A DNA stretch of 64,000 nt from Bacteroidales bacterium (GCA_030637515.1 DAOWGM010000095.1:8171-72170); one strand, 5' to 3'. Counted from the stretch's first letter, positions 40,501-50,067 are shown. A program made the numbers and translations. Notes: generated from the sequence alone by a model not told the origin.

Positions 40501-42686
40501 TTCGTAGGATATCCATTACATAACTCATAATTATAATTAAATGATATTTTTTTAATTTGATTTATTTTTAGAAATGATTGAATATTGCTATCACTTTCAC
40601 CCATTTCAAATGCATCAATATTAGTTGAATGATTATCTATAAGTCTAGTATAATCTTTTCTGTTTAATAAATAAATATTATTCAATTTATGACTATTGTA
40701 TACATCTTGCAGAACAGGACTTCTTGACTTACCATCTTCTCTAACTGATTTTTGAAAGAATGCTGTATGCGTTGGCGTACCAATTGATTTCAAATAATAT
40801 GTCTCCCTCACTGATGCATTTACACTTTTCGTCATTTCGTCAGGTGAGTATATATATCCATCAAATGGTGTTCTTAAATATGCGTTTTCCCCTTTAGTAT
40901 AAGAAAAGTTAACCCAATAACCCCAATCACCTTCGTCCACAATATTATTATCGTTTCGATCAATATAATCAGGACCAGTTATTGCTGTTAATAACCAATG
41001 TATAGCAAACTTATTTAGGTTTTTATGAGTTGAAACAGTGTTGCCACTGATATCTTCATAATTTATATCTGTAACAATTACAGTAGCCAGGTTATAAACT
41101 GGTAATGCGTAATGATAAATTACACCATCTTCTCTTGTTATTGATATACCTCCAATACCATGTCCTCCAGTAAAATCATCTAAGTAATTAATGTTTTTAC
41201 ATTCATCTCTAAATGAAGCTCGTTCAGAAGGAGAAAGAAAGTCCAAAAAGTTTTTATTTGTAAATGCAGTTCCATTTAATATTTCGTCATTAGTAACCCA
41301 TTTTATATATCTACCTGAAGCTAACCTTTTTGAATATAAGCCTTCTCTATCTGTTTCAATTTGTTTATTAGAGTCATATAAAATATCATCGGATACTGTA
41401 TATACAGGCTTATTATTATTTGCAGCAACAGAAATACCAACTTGATTAACTAAATCACCTGCTGTCATATCTATTCCATAATTTTCACCAGTAAGATAAG
41501 TGTACTTGTTAGCAATATCACCTTTATATCTAAAATTTACTCTATGATTCTTAAAAGGGGTAGTACAAAGTTTTAGGAAATTCATATAATCTCCAAAATT
41601 ATTAGTTGATATTGAACCTGCATCTAGCCGGTAAGGTGTTATGGTTCCTGAAACTCCAGTACCTTGCACACTATAATAATCGTATGCAATATCAGTAGGA
41701 TTTAAACTCCACTGAAAACTCACATCATTATCAACATGCATATTGTAGTCATGCACATAATTATTACCCACATGTGGATAATTAACCAACTGGTTCCCAT
41801 TTTCGTCATAAACATTATCAGCAATCATTCCAGAGTTAGTTTCTCTTGTTATATTTTGCAAATAAAGTGTTCCATAACTAATCTCATCATTCCCAGTATT
41901 TATAAATTGTCTTTGTGTTGATTTTAATAAACAATCTGTATTAACCCATTGATTTTTAACTTCAGTTTTCCATAATCCATTAATATCTGAGAAATCGGAC
42001 ACTACTGAACCCAGCTGATCCATACCTTTAAGTTGAGTATATGTACCTATTCCTACATCCAATAACCCAATAACTGATGAAAGTGGCCCTGTAATTACTC
42101 CTGCACCGACAAGGTAAGATGCCGCAGCAGCCACATTTGTTACAAATTCCTCAGAATCAAATGTCATTCCTTTATCGTCGCCCTCAAAGTTATAACCTAT
42201 TCCAATTATAGAAATAGCATTATCATTTGCTTTACCCCAACTATAGTTTAAACCCTGTAATGTTAAAGAATAGCCATAACCTTTTTCAGAATGTTTTACA
42301 TCTGAAAAAACCACCCAGCTTCGTGTAACAGCTGTAATACCTTTATTACTTATATCACTTTCAATTGTTTCACCATTGAAATCATCAGGAAATTTACTTA
42401 TATTTCTGTTTATTGCTCCACAATTTAATGACCATCCTAAGCCTACCCATGATGCATCCTGATTTGGTAAAATTCCTCCATGATAACTTAAAGGTAAGTC
42501 GAAACCTTTTGCAGGTCCAGGAACATGGAGTAGTGGCATATTATAAACAAAATCGCCGGTTACTAAATTCACCATATCAGTAGTGTTAGGCGATTCATAA
42601 GATGTATATTCCGGTTGTAACTTTTGTGAATAAATAGTTGTTATAATACCCAAAAAAACAATGATTAAAACGAATAACTTTTTCAT
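37575..42686 (-). CDS. Giant secreted protein with SpvB/TcB-N-like N-terminus, paralogous at its N-terminus to 23886..29324
   Basis: The likely start is ATG 42686 (MKKLFVLIIVFLGIITTIYSQ). VNLVTGDFVYNMPLL...FDLPLSYHGG...VGLGWSLNCGAINRNISKFPDD is present. YD repeats occur late (YVYDQHTGAV..., YTYDAGGKLIAVY). The C-terminus has an Ig-like domain and a Gly-rich tail GSGTGSSGGSGGTGPPGGGVIIN. Confidence 0.6.
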   Translation of the reverse strand: MKKLFVLIIVFLGIITTIYSQKLQPEYTSYESPNTTDMVNLVTGDFVYNMPLLHVPGPAKGFDLPLSYHGGILPNQDASWVGLGWSLNCGAINRNISKFPDDFNGETIESDISNKGITAVTRSWVVFSDVKHSEKGYGYSLTLQGLNYSWGKANDNAISIIGIGYNFEGDDKGMTFDSEEFVTNVAAAASYLVGAGVITGPLSSVIGLLDVGIGTYTQLKGMDQLGSVVSDFSDINGLWKTEVKNQWVNTDCLLKSTQRQFINTGNDEISYGTLYLQNITRETNSGMIADNVYDENGNQLVNYPHVGNNYVHDYNMHVDNDVSFQWSLNPTDIAYDYYSVQGTGVSGTITPYRLDAGSISTNNFGDYMNFLKLCTTPFKNHRVNFRYKGDIANKYTYLTGENYGIDMTAGDLVNQVGISVAANNNKPVYTVSDDILYDSNKQIETDREGLYSKRLASGRYIKWVTNDEILNGTAFTNKNFLDFLSPSERASFRDECKNINYLDDFTGGHGIGGISITREDGVIYHYALPVYNLATVIVTDINYEDISGNTVSTHKNLNKFAIHWLLTAITGPDYIDRNDNNIVDEGDWGYWVNFSYTKGENAYLRTPFDGYIYSPDEMTKSVNASVRETYYLKSIGTPTHTAFFQKSVREDGKSRSPVLQDVYNSHKLNNIYLLNRKDYTRLIDNHSTNIDAFEMGESDSNIQSFLKINQIKKISFNYNYELCNGYPTNFNGNGKLSLQCISTRGINDTKLLPDFVFEYGANPNYNLDYWDGWGMYKIGGSNTNRIPTGSGTQWALTKITTPIGSVIEIEQERDKYSNVSGYSLPQDLKGGNARVSEIIVNDGIGTKMSKKYIYTKDGTANGQSSGACSIEPSYNRSDIDLYDVYKKQSLLNYPNTPVLYGKVTVLSNNDESGNYLSKSQFEYEMPHYDMVTCIPNNIHDGFVEGILVKIRNYLIKVNTNSIGSLKTIKKYYNNDLVQSVKYNYTNAISDDQGIFTEGSIYFERCLWGASYSTDRLFRTTKIMYPNILSSVEYKSNGRKTTVSNLNFDFLTGRVLSKKYKNDPLPWENISGKTFIVDYLPAYKVYSNMGIKAENSSYKNMISQNVANLTKILDGSNYKVINANITKWEKDWTYRNYYESFEEYIEDGTISDIYRVNKKFIWKGDLNPDGTYSSSQFSKYNTMEEIEDNFNVIDSDVDGWQLVTEIKEYNKNSIPLEIRDINGDYSSTKMDVNNKKAIATISNASYRQYSYTGFEEAVSREDKIDFSGEIFGKEIKNSLYLSSEVSDYMEYMNYPQSSINAHTGNFLVRIQGTEESSGNTGGPEVIILNESTVSRKFQASVWVHENTSHAKLVIVSSETEHFNPDNCLKFGQWYLFTITGEIPAGESRKVYVDCIGSANFAWVDDFRVHPIDASMQSYVYDQHTGAVTAILDNNNIATKYTYDAGGKLIAVYKETPDGFKKISSHDYGYARAIENCTFTSGLSVSFNNTTNIATLTINVKNKDKRVPANCRVNFRVLDAQASLTKMIPPLTTVTFKQELRVWDSYEGSHTFIATLENEGETRSKGCNIPEGKPEFEVLIDGVKVNDGVSLDLGETEIGTTVSKVITINNPGTGVLEMRPFVVSSETGYFSAGGPFLLDVSAGTSVPLNVSYNPAEVGNHEGQLQLIYLNGITRCDFWINLDGSGTGSSGGSGGTGPPGGGVIIN

Positions 42687-42705
42687 ATTTTGATTTATTT
42701 TATTC

Positions 42706-43326
42706 TTAATAAATGATAATTTCAGGAATAGTCTCAAGATCCTTTATATTAAAACTAAAAGAATGACTTCCTATATCTTTTCTTACACTATTAAACTGTA
42801 TAGTAAATTCCTTTTCGTTATTGATAACTTCTTTGTTAAAAACAACTAAAATATTATTTGTATTTGAAACTTCGTATGCACGGGTAAATATGCAATCGAT
42901 AGGATAATAAGAAGATTTGCCTGGTATAATTAATTTAAGATCAGTTTGAATACCATAATTTAAATAACTTACAACATTATTATATTCTGATAGATTGTTT
43001 ACATACTTTTGCAAGTAATCATACTCATTAACCGATAAACTGATAATAAAATACAGGTTTTTAGAATATAGTTGTCTAACGCTATCAACTGCTTCTTGGG
43101 ATTTCCCCTTTTCTTTTACAAGTTCTCCGTAAGCTATTATTTCAATTGGTCGATAAAAAACCGACACATTACAACCTTTGTGCTGATTACTTTTCATGCA
43201 CCCATTCTTTGGTTCATTAATATAATTGATCAGCTCTTCTCGTGATACTGGTTTATTACACGAAAAAATAATAAACAAATAAAATAAGCTTATAAAAAAT
43301 ATTGATATTTTACTTATTTTGTGCAT
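42706..43326 (-). CDS. Lipoprotein, unknown function
   Basis: Lipobox LFIIFSC. 206 aa. It overlaps the Skp-like gene by 17 nt. Confidence 0.4.
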   Translation of the reverse strand: MHKISKISIFFISLFYLFIIFSCNKPVSREELINYINEPKNGCMKSNQHKGCNVSVFYRPIEIIAYGELVKEKGKSQEAVDSVRQLYSKNLYFIISLSVNEYDYLQKYVNNLSEYNNVVSYLNYGIQTDLKLIIPGKSSYYPIDCIFTRAYEVSNTNNILVVFNKEVINNEKEFTIQFNSVRKDIGSHSFSFNIKDLETIPEIIIY

Positions 43327-43846
43327 ATTCTTTATTTAATTCTTCTGTAATATCAGCTGTTATATTAAGTGCATCTTTGGCATATAAAATATACCCCGGT
43401 TGCATAGCACCAAGTATTATTTTTAAGTTATGCTTCTTACCATAGTTTTTAATAATTTTGTCGGCTGGTATTAAAGCATGGTTGGTTATTTCCTGTTGTT
43501 CTTTTTGCATCATTTCCTGCACAACCTGATTGTAATTAGCCAGTTCTTGTTGCTTACTACGCAAATTTAGTTCTGTGTCCTGTTTTTGTTTTAAGCTCAT
43601 GCCAGCCATATTTTTCTCATAAACTTGCAAGCTTCTTTGCAATTCGGCCTGCAAAGTATCTGTTTTCGAAAGCCAAACAGTTTTTTTATTATTAAACTCA
43701 ATTTTAGCATCATTCATTCCATCGTAATTTGCCAACATCTTGTTAATCTCTATGTATGCAATTTTTTCTTTGCCTGTAAACTGGAAATACGCCAGTATCA
43801 ATATTGCAATTACTATTGCTATGTAAAAAATTGTATTCTTTTTCAT
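43310..43846 (-). CDS. OmpH/Skp-family periplasmic chaperone
   Basis: An N-terminal anchor/signal is followed by KIAYIEINKML... and a long Gln/Glu/Lys-rich coiled-coil arm, ending in ...LNITADITEELNKEY. This is the typical OmpH layout. Confidence 0.65.
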   Translation of the reverse strand: MKKNTIFYIAIVIAILILAYFQFTGKEKIAYIEINKMLANYDGMNDAKIEFNNKKTVWLSKTDTLQAELQRSLQVYEKNMAGMSLKQKQDTELNLRSKQQELANYNQVVQEMMQKEQQEITNHALIPADKIIKNYGKKHNLKIILGAMQPGYILYAKDALNITADITEELNKEYAQNK

Positions 43847-43908
43847 ATATAAGGTTTTTTATTCTTTTAATATCTAAATTTTCTATATTCATTTTACTTT
43901 TTATTTCC

Positions 43909-44394
43909 TTACTTTCTTTTTGTGGGACTTGGTTGCTTTTTTTTACAAGTAACCCAATTATATAGATAGTATATAGTTAAGAAGCTAAAGTTGAGAGATA
44001 TAAAAGATATTAGGATTTCTCCACAATCAATAGGTACTTCATTAATAGAAATAAAATCACATGGAATAGGGATGATATATAATAAGATCTGAAATATCCA
44101 ATAAAAAATAAAACAACATATAAATGAAATTATTATTACAAAAATTTTATATGTGATTTTATTATCTATTTTTTTTGTAAAAGTTGAAATAAAAATTATT
44201 ATCCCCAAATAAAAATATATTTTATACTTTATTTTCAAACTACATCCAAAAGAATCACATTTAATGTGTTTTATACTTTCAATCGAAGGCAATAATGAAA
44301 AATACTTTATTAGATATTTTTCTAAAAGAACATAGATAAAACAGAAAACAACAATATATAGAATATATTCAAAAGTTTTTTTCTTTTTTAACAT
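43909..44394 (-). CDS. Polytopic membrane protein, candidate immunity protein for the upstream RHS metallopeptidase toxin
   Basis: 161 aa with about 4 TM helices. It starts 19 nt downstream of the RHS stop. No family recognised. Confidence 0.35.
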   Translation of the reverse strand: MLKKKKTFEYILYIVVFCFIYVLLEKYLIKYFSLLPSIESIKHIKCDSFGCSLKIKYKIYFYLGIIIFISTFTKKIDNKITYKIFVIIISFICCFIFYWIFQILLYIIPIPCDFISINEVPIDCGEILISFISLNFSFLTIYYLYNWVTCKKKQPSPTKRK

Positions 44395-44412
44395 ACCATT
44401 TATATTTTAATA

Positions 44413-47400
44413 TTAGAAATGCCATATTTTTCTGCTTTTAAACCAAGTAATTTTTGAAAATCCAGTATTTACCGACCTAACAACATTAAAAATTGATGTC
44501 CCGAATGTTGAACCTAATTCTATGGGTTCTAAATAAACTCTTTCATTTAATGGATTAAAAGTTTCAGTAGTAGCACCTGCCCATATCCTACCTAATCCAC
44601 TATACCCATCTCTAATCTTTGTCCTTCCATATACTGAAGTTAAGTAGTTTTCAAATCCAACTGCTTCTTTCTCCAATTCCAATGTGGACATTTTACTAAA
44701 TTCATCAAATTGTGACTGAAATGCATGAAAAAGCTCATGTCCCAAAATACTATACGTATCCAAATTCATCCCAAACTTTTGATTTTCTAACAAACCTCTG
44801 ATACCAACTGTGCTCATAAAAACGGTTGTCCCTTCAAAATGTGGTTTATCAAATACACTTTTAGTTTGCCTTATTGTGTAAATTGTACCTGAGTTATCAA
44901 GTGCCTTGTAAACTTGGCTACCTAAGCTTGTGCGACGCATTAATTCGATCGATTGCCACATTTTGTGTTGAAAACTACTACTCCCTTTTATAATAATCTT
45001 TCTTCCATCAGGATCAATAGCCATGTTTGGTATATTTCCCATTCCTAAATAAGGAGAATAGAACTGCCCGGCTGGATCGGGAGATGTCCAACGTCCAATT
45101 CTGGAGTCCCATAAACGAGCCTCGAACTGGTTTGTCTTAGTTTCCTGGTCGTACTCGGCAAACTGCCCTTGGTAACCAAACCTGTAACTGCCCGGTGTTC
45201 CTTGCCTACCCGGAATAGCCATGCCATATGGGTAATAATCGGTATAACTATACAATTGTATATTGTTTGAAGCATCGTTTCCAAAAGTCGCACGAACATT
45301 ACCCAAATGATCACTTAATTCGTAAATACTTTGGCTATTTCCTGTGTAACTTTTATTATATAAACCCAACCGTTCGTCACCATAAATAGGTAGCTCGGTT
45401 TGGTCGGCTACAATATCAGGATTATTAATTTTTGTATACATACTTAATAATGTCCCACTTGCGTCACTAACATAAAATGTTATTAGTTCAGGATCACTTG
45501 TATAATCTATTTTCTTAACCCTGTAACCCATGTCATCATAAAAATACTCAGCTAATGGAATTGTATATGTTGAATCTTTGTAAACGCCTGTTACCATACC
45601 ATAAGCATCGTATTTATAATAACTGGCTAAACCATCAAATATCTTACTTTTAATTTGCCCAATAGGGTTATATGCAAAATTGTATGTGCCGTTTTCCATA
45701 TCGCCCAAATTTTCATCATCTATAACAATATCGGCAGCATTATCCTGTAAATAACTTAACTGGTTTTTTTGAATTAGTTCATCGTATGCATATTCAAAAT
45801 CATCCATTATTGCACCTGTATAACTGTATCTTTTTAATGTAAGTAAATTTCCGTTTGCATCATAGGTTAAGTTTCTGATACTTTGTGCATTTCCTGTATA
45901 ATTAAAATCAGTACTAATATTATATTTACCAAATAATGCTTCTTTTAAAAAATTTTGCGAATCATATGCGTATTTATACAACCACTGTTCAGTAGAAGTA
46001 GTACTCATTTGATCGTATATTGCATCACGCGTTTTCCAACGTTGAGCTTTAATCTTACCATCGTATAAATCATTATCAGGGCTTGATGTTATATTAATTC
46101 CTGATCGTAGATAATCGCCACTATAATAATCGAGGCTCATACCAAACATATCCTGTTCAAATGAATTAGCATAACCATCTTTACCGGGATCATTTTCATC
46201 AATTGAAGGATGATTAATGCTTTTTAACCAACCATTAATATTATACACGTAATCGATACCCTGCATGTTTTCTGCAATTTCGACTCGTTTCAGTGGCCCA
46301 TGAGCATAATACTCATACTTCGCTTGTAGTTGTTCATTTTTAATTGAACCATCTGCATTATATTCAATAGTCTTTACTTGCGATAATCTTAAATTAGCAT
46401 CATAAGTATATTTATGATCAAAACGTTCTGAATAATTACCTTTATCATATATAACTGAAGTTACGTTTCCATAAAAATCATATTCGTAATCAATGGTAAC
46501 TAATCCCAGATCTTTAATATCACGTGCAATCCATTCAATTTTACTATCATAAGTATAACTATACCATGTAATTGAGTTCTTGCTCCAAGTTTTAGAAACT
46601 TTACCTACTACAAATTTTTGAAATAGTCCAAAATCATTCAATGTCTCATCAGGATAATCGTATTCATATCCTGTAACATCCTCACAGAGATTTGGATCTA
46701 ATTCTGTATCCGGATCTAATAAAGCACTAAATATTATTGATGCAGTTTCATTATACTCTCCAATTTCAGTTACACGTCCACCGTTGTCATAATTGATAAA
46801 TGAAAATTTCGAACATCCTTGTTGTTTAGAATTTTGGGAAAATCGAATACTTCCATCTTTTCTATATATATATTCTATATATCCTTGATCCGGAGAATAT
46901 GAGCTAATTAACCATCCTAAAGAATTGTAGGTATATGTTGTTTTCAATTCAGGGTTTAATTCCATCGTTGCTTTTGGAGAATACGATTCTATTAGACGTC
47001 CCGCCTTATCATAAATGAAAAAGGCATGATGAGTATAAATAATATCGTAATAAAATAAAAAATCATCTGTGATATTTGATTTTATTCTGTAAAAACCTGC
47101 CGGCATAGGATTAGTATAATTTACAACCTCCCCTGTCTCAAGATTTGTAATTGACTCTATATATTCTATATATGTTGAAAAAGCACTGGGTATTGATAAA
47201 TGAATATCAACATATCCACAATCTGCAGGTGCAATTTGTCTTATACTATGTACATGTCCACCTCCATTTCCATTTCCTTTACAAGTTGCAATAATATTAC
47301 CCTTTTCATTTTTATAAATTACTGATATTTTATCTTCGGGATCAACGGTAATTGTTTTCGTCAGATTTCCCAGATCAAGATCTATTCCTAAATATCCTTC

Positions 47401-50067
47401 AAATGGTCTCAAGTCAGTTTGAGATGCAGGCATTGTAAAACTTTTTGTTTCGTGTCCGCTACCCATTTTATGATGCTCGCCTGCCATAGCACTTTTGCGT
47501 GCTTGTCCAGTGATTTTGCTGTACTCAACACGTGAATACGGGTATTCACTTTCAGGAACATAGGCTTCCATAGTGTTGTTATTACTATAATACCAACCTA
47601 CACTTCCCGGGAGATTGCTGCTTACAGGATCAGGATTATCCAGTTTATCTCCATCAAATTTTTCGTAAGAATAGGTATCGTTAGTGTTATCTGTTATAAA
47701 ACCAATCTGGTAGTTTAAATTAGGTTTATCTACTACAGCAGGTAAAGTTGAAATTGCAGCACGGCCCAACTCATCGTATACTGTTTGTGCAACAGTAACA
47801 GTACCATCAGTCATATTTTTACTTTGAGACTGCACTTGCTTGCCCATAAGGTCGTAATACGACTTTCCTTGAGCAATTACATTTTCGTTTTCGTCAAATG
47901 CATAACTTTCTGTCCAATTTTTATTTAGACCTGTTTCTCCTACACCAAACTGAAGTATTGTAACGGGTAATGATCCAACTTTTATACTTCCGTTTCTTGT
48001 CGAATTTGTAGTATTCTCGGCGCAAATAATTGTGAATTCCTCACTACCAGAACCTAACATTGGGGTAACTGTAATCCATTCTTCACTTATTTCAGATATT
48101 GTCCATATGCAATCTGCATTAACCTGTATAGAGTATGTTTCGTTGCCTCCACCAATAAACACATTATCCTCGCTAAGACTTTCTATATATTTAATAATTA
48201 TTTTTACTTCTTCAGCATTACTCCAGATAGACTGATCCTCCTTTAACTGAGCTCTTAAATAAAGGGTTGTATCTTCTGTAAATTCCGTTTCAAAAAGAAA
48301 TCTAGGAATAGGGACTTCAGGATATTCAGGATCTATTAACTCCTTTGTATTTTTTGTAAAAGTCCAATCTGTATTTGTCCCGTTTTGTTCTGTTTGCCAA
48401 TAATAAGTATATTCAAAATTCATTTCCGGAACATGAACAGTTGATTTGCTGTCAAAATAAATAATTGCTGGAAGTGTATTAAAAGGATCTTCGTAAACTT
48501 CTACATCAACTATTCGTGCATCGCTCCACAATCCACTTTCATTACTTTTCTGCCTTAAATATACACTTTCGGGTGAAGTCAAAATCTTTTCAGGAGAAAT
48601 ATCTGAAGTACTGGTTCCTATTTCCTTTGTTTGCCAATACATGGTGCATCCGCTGCTTGCATTTGGTTTACTAACTTTAGTACTTCCTATAATTTTTTCT
48701 ATGGAAGGTAATGCAGGTATTGATGGTTTTGAATATACATTTACGTCAATAGTTATATGATCACTCCACAAGCGACTAATATTATGCCATTGTCTTAGGT
48801 AGGTTTTTCCATTTGTTAGAAACTTTCTGTTAGGCTCAATATTGTGGTAGTTTGTTCCATCCTTTGTATCCTGAAAATGAACGGAGTATCCTTCGGAGGG
48901 TTCTGGTTTAATTACAATAGTAGAACCATCTGCATAATTTATTATTGGATTGGAAGAAATTGGTGGTTTTGAATAAATATTAACTATAACCGCCCTGGTA
49001 TCGCTCCATAATCCACTGTTATTGTGTTTTTGTCTTAAAAAAACGGTTGTGTCAGAATTAAACGTTCTGCTTAATTGGGTTTTCGTAGTATCAATTCCGT
49101 CAGAAGAAGACTGCCAGTACATTGTACAACTGTAATATTCTTCAGGTTGAGTGACCTGAGTTGTATCTTCTAAATAATTAATTACAGGTTCCTCTGGAGT
49201 AGGAGGCGTATGGTATATTTTTCCTATAAAAACCATCGTGGCATCACTCCAGAATCCACTGATATTATTCTTTTGTCTTAAATAGATTGTTTCCCGCGAA
49301 GTAAATGTTTTTTCTAATGAAACATCTGAAGTGCTGGTTCCATCAGAACTGGTTTGCCAATACATGGTGCAGTTTAGAATTGCTTCAGGTTTTTGGATCC
49401 GTATTAATCCATCTTCGTATATTTTTTCCGGGTTAGCAGGAGTTTCAGGGTTACTATATACAACCACATCAACCAAAGAACAAGTTTCACTCCAAACTCC
49501 TGATGCCGTATTTTTAGCTCTTAAATAATAAGTTCCTGTTGATATAGCGTCGTAGTAATTCAACTCTGATTTTGAAGTGCTTGTGCCACAAGATGTTCCC
49601 TGCCAATAGTATGTTACATACTTAGGAGTAGTCTCAAGAGGTTTGCTCAAAACAGTTTGTCCGTCGTTATATTTAATAATTCTTGGATTTCCAGGAGGAT
49701 TTGTAACAGGCGCCCCTTCCTGAGTAACAGGAATTTTAGCTTTTATTTCTCCTAGATGCACAAGGTTTATGAAACCTGTTCTTTCACTGGTTGTATTATT
49801 AGTAGCAATGGTATATGAAATAGTCCCATCAAAACTACCCGAACCACTTGCTGAAATCCAATATGCACTTCCTTCAGCTGTCCAAGAGCATTTAATTACG
49901 TCAACATCTACAGTTCCTTGACTTAATCCGTATTGTAAATTTAAAGTTGAAGGAGTTAATACAAATTCACACAGACGTAATAATATTTGTGCATTTGTTA
50001 TTGAGATAGTAAAAAAGAGTAAAATAAAAATTATACTGCTCTTTTTAAGACAGGCAATTCGTGTCAT
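44413..50067 (-). CDS. RHS/YD-repeat toxin with Sec signal peptide, BACON-like domains, six tandem 80-aa repeats and a C-terminal HExxH metallopeptidase domain
   Basis: Signal peptide ...LLFFTISITNAQ. Two BACON-like segments are present. Six repeats of the type CTMYWQTSSDGTSTSD...YLRQKNN.SGLWSD span about aa 119-625. The YD repeats include YDELGRA, YDKAGRL, YEYDFYGNV, YDANLRL and YDANGNL. The core end is DHLGNVRA...YYPYGM...EARLWDSRIGRWTSPDPAGQ...NMAIDPDGR. A tail of about 195 aa follows, carrying ILGHELFHAF and a downstream Glu (EKEAVGFEN). Confidence 0.9.
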   Translation of the reverse strand: MTRIACLKKSSIIFILLFFTISITNAQILLRLCEFVLTPSTLNLQYGLSQGTVDVDVIKCSWTAEGSAYWISASGSGSFDGTISYTIATNNTTSERTGFINLVHLGEIKAKIPVTQEGAPVTNPPGNPRIIKYNDGQTVLSKPLETTPKYVTYYWQGTSCGTSTSKSELNYYDAISTGTYYLRAKNTASGVWSETCSLVDVVVYSNPETPANPEKIYEDGLIRIQKPEAILNCTMYWQTSSDGTSTSDVSLEKTFTSRETIYLRQKNNISGFWSDATMVFIGKIYHTPPTPEEPVINYLEDTTQVTQPEEYYSCTMYWQSSSDGIDTTKTQLSRTFNSDTTVFLRQKHNNSGLWSDTRAVIVNIYSKPPISSNPIINYADGSTIVIKPEPSEGYSVHFQDTKDGTNYHNIEPNRKFLTNGKTYLRQWHNISRLWSDHITIDVNVYSKPSIPALPSIEKIIGSTKVSKPNASSGCTMYWQTKEIGTSTSDISPEKILTSPESVYLRQKSNESGLWSDARIVDVEVYEDPFNTLPAIIYFDSKSTVHVPEMNFEYTYYWQTEQNGTNTDWTFTKNTKELIDPEYPEVPIPRFLFETEFTEDTTLYLRAQLKEDQSIWSNAEEVKIIIKYIESLSEDNVFIGGGNETYSIQVNADCIWTISEISEEWITVTPMLGSGSEEFTIICAENTTNSTRNGSIKVGSLPVTILQFGVGETGLNKNWTESYAFDENENVIAQGKSYYDLMGKQVQSQSKNMTDGTVTVAQTVYDELGRAAISTLPAVVDKPNLNYQIGFITDNTNDTYSYEKFDGDKLDNPDPVSSNLPGSVGWYYSNNNTMEAYVPESEYPYSRVEYSKITGQARKSAMAGEHHKMGSGHETKSFTMPASQTDLRPFEGYLGIDLDLGNLTKTITVDPEDKISVIYKNEKGNIIATCKGNGNGGGHVHSIRQIAPADCGYVDIHLSIPSAFSTYIEYIESITNLETGEVVNYTNPMPAGFYRIKSNITDDFLFYYDIIYTHHAFFIYDKAGRLIESYSPKATMELNPELKTTYTYNSLGWLISSYSPDQGYIEYIYRKDGSIRFSQNSKQQGCSKFSFINYDNGGRVTEIGEYNETASIIFSALLDPDTELDPNLCEDVTGYEYDYPDETLNDFGLFQKFVVGKVSKTWSKNSITWYSYTYDSKIEWIARDIKDLGLVTIDYEYDFYGNVTSVIYDKGNYSERFDHKYTYDANLRLSQVKTIEYNADGSIKNEQLQAKYEYYAHGPLKRVEIAENMQGIDYVYNINGWLKSINHPSIDENDPGKDGYANSFEQDMFGMSLDYYSGDYLRSGINITSSPDNDLYDGKIKAQRWKTRDAIYDQMSTTSTEQWLYKYAYDSQNFLKEALFGKYNISTDFNYTGNAQSIRNLTYDANGNLLTLKRYSYTGAIMDDFEYAYDELIQKNQLSYLQDNAADIVIDDENLGDMENGTYNFAYNPIGQIKSKIFDGLASYYKYDAYGMVTGVYKDSTYTIPLAEYFYDDMGYRVKKIDYTSDPELITFYVSDASGTLLSMYTKINNPDIVADQTELPIYGDERLGLYNKSYTGNSQSIYELSDHLGNVRATFGNDASNNIQLYSYTDYYPYGMAIPGRQGTPGSYRFGYQGQFAEYDQETKTNQFEARLWDSRIGRWTSPDPAGQFYSPYLGMGNIPNMAIDPDGRKIIIKGSSSFQHKMWQSIELMRRTSLGSQVYKALDNSGTIYTIRQTKSVFDKPHFEGTTVFMSTVGIRGLLENQKFGMNLDTYSILGHELFHAFQSQFDEFSKMSTLELEKEAVGFENYLTSVYGRTKIRDGYSGLGRIWAGATTETFNPLNERVYLEPIELGSTFGTSIFNVVRSVNTGFSKITWFKSRKIWHF

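Noticed and set aside
20536-50067. RHS proteins as type VI secretion effectors, or as parts of a classical insecticidal Tc (TcA-TcB-TcC) toxin
   Set aside because: No Hcp, VgrG, PAAR, TssB/C or TcA-like genes are in the window. All four giant proteins carry Sec signal peptides, which is atypical for T6SS cargo. Neither idea can be excluded genome-wide from this window alone.
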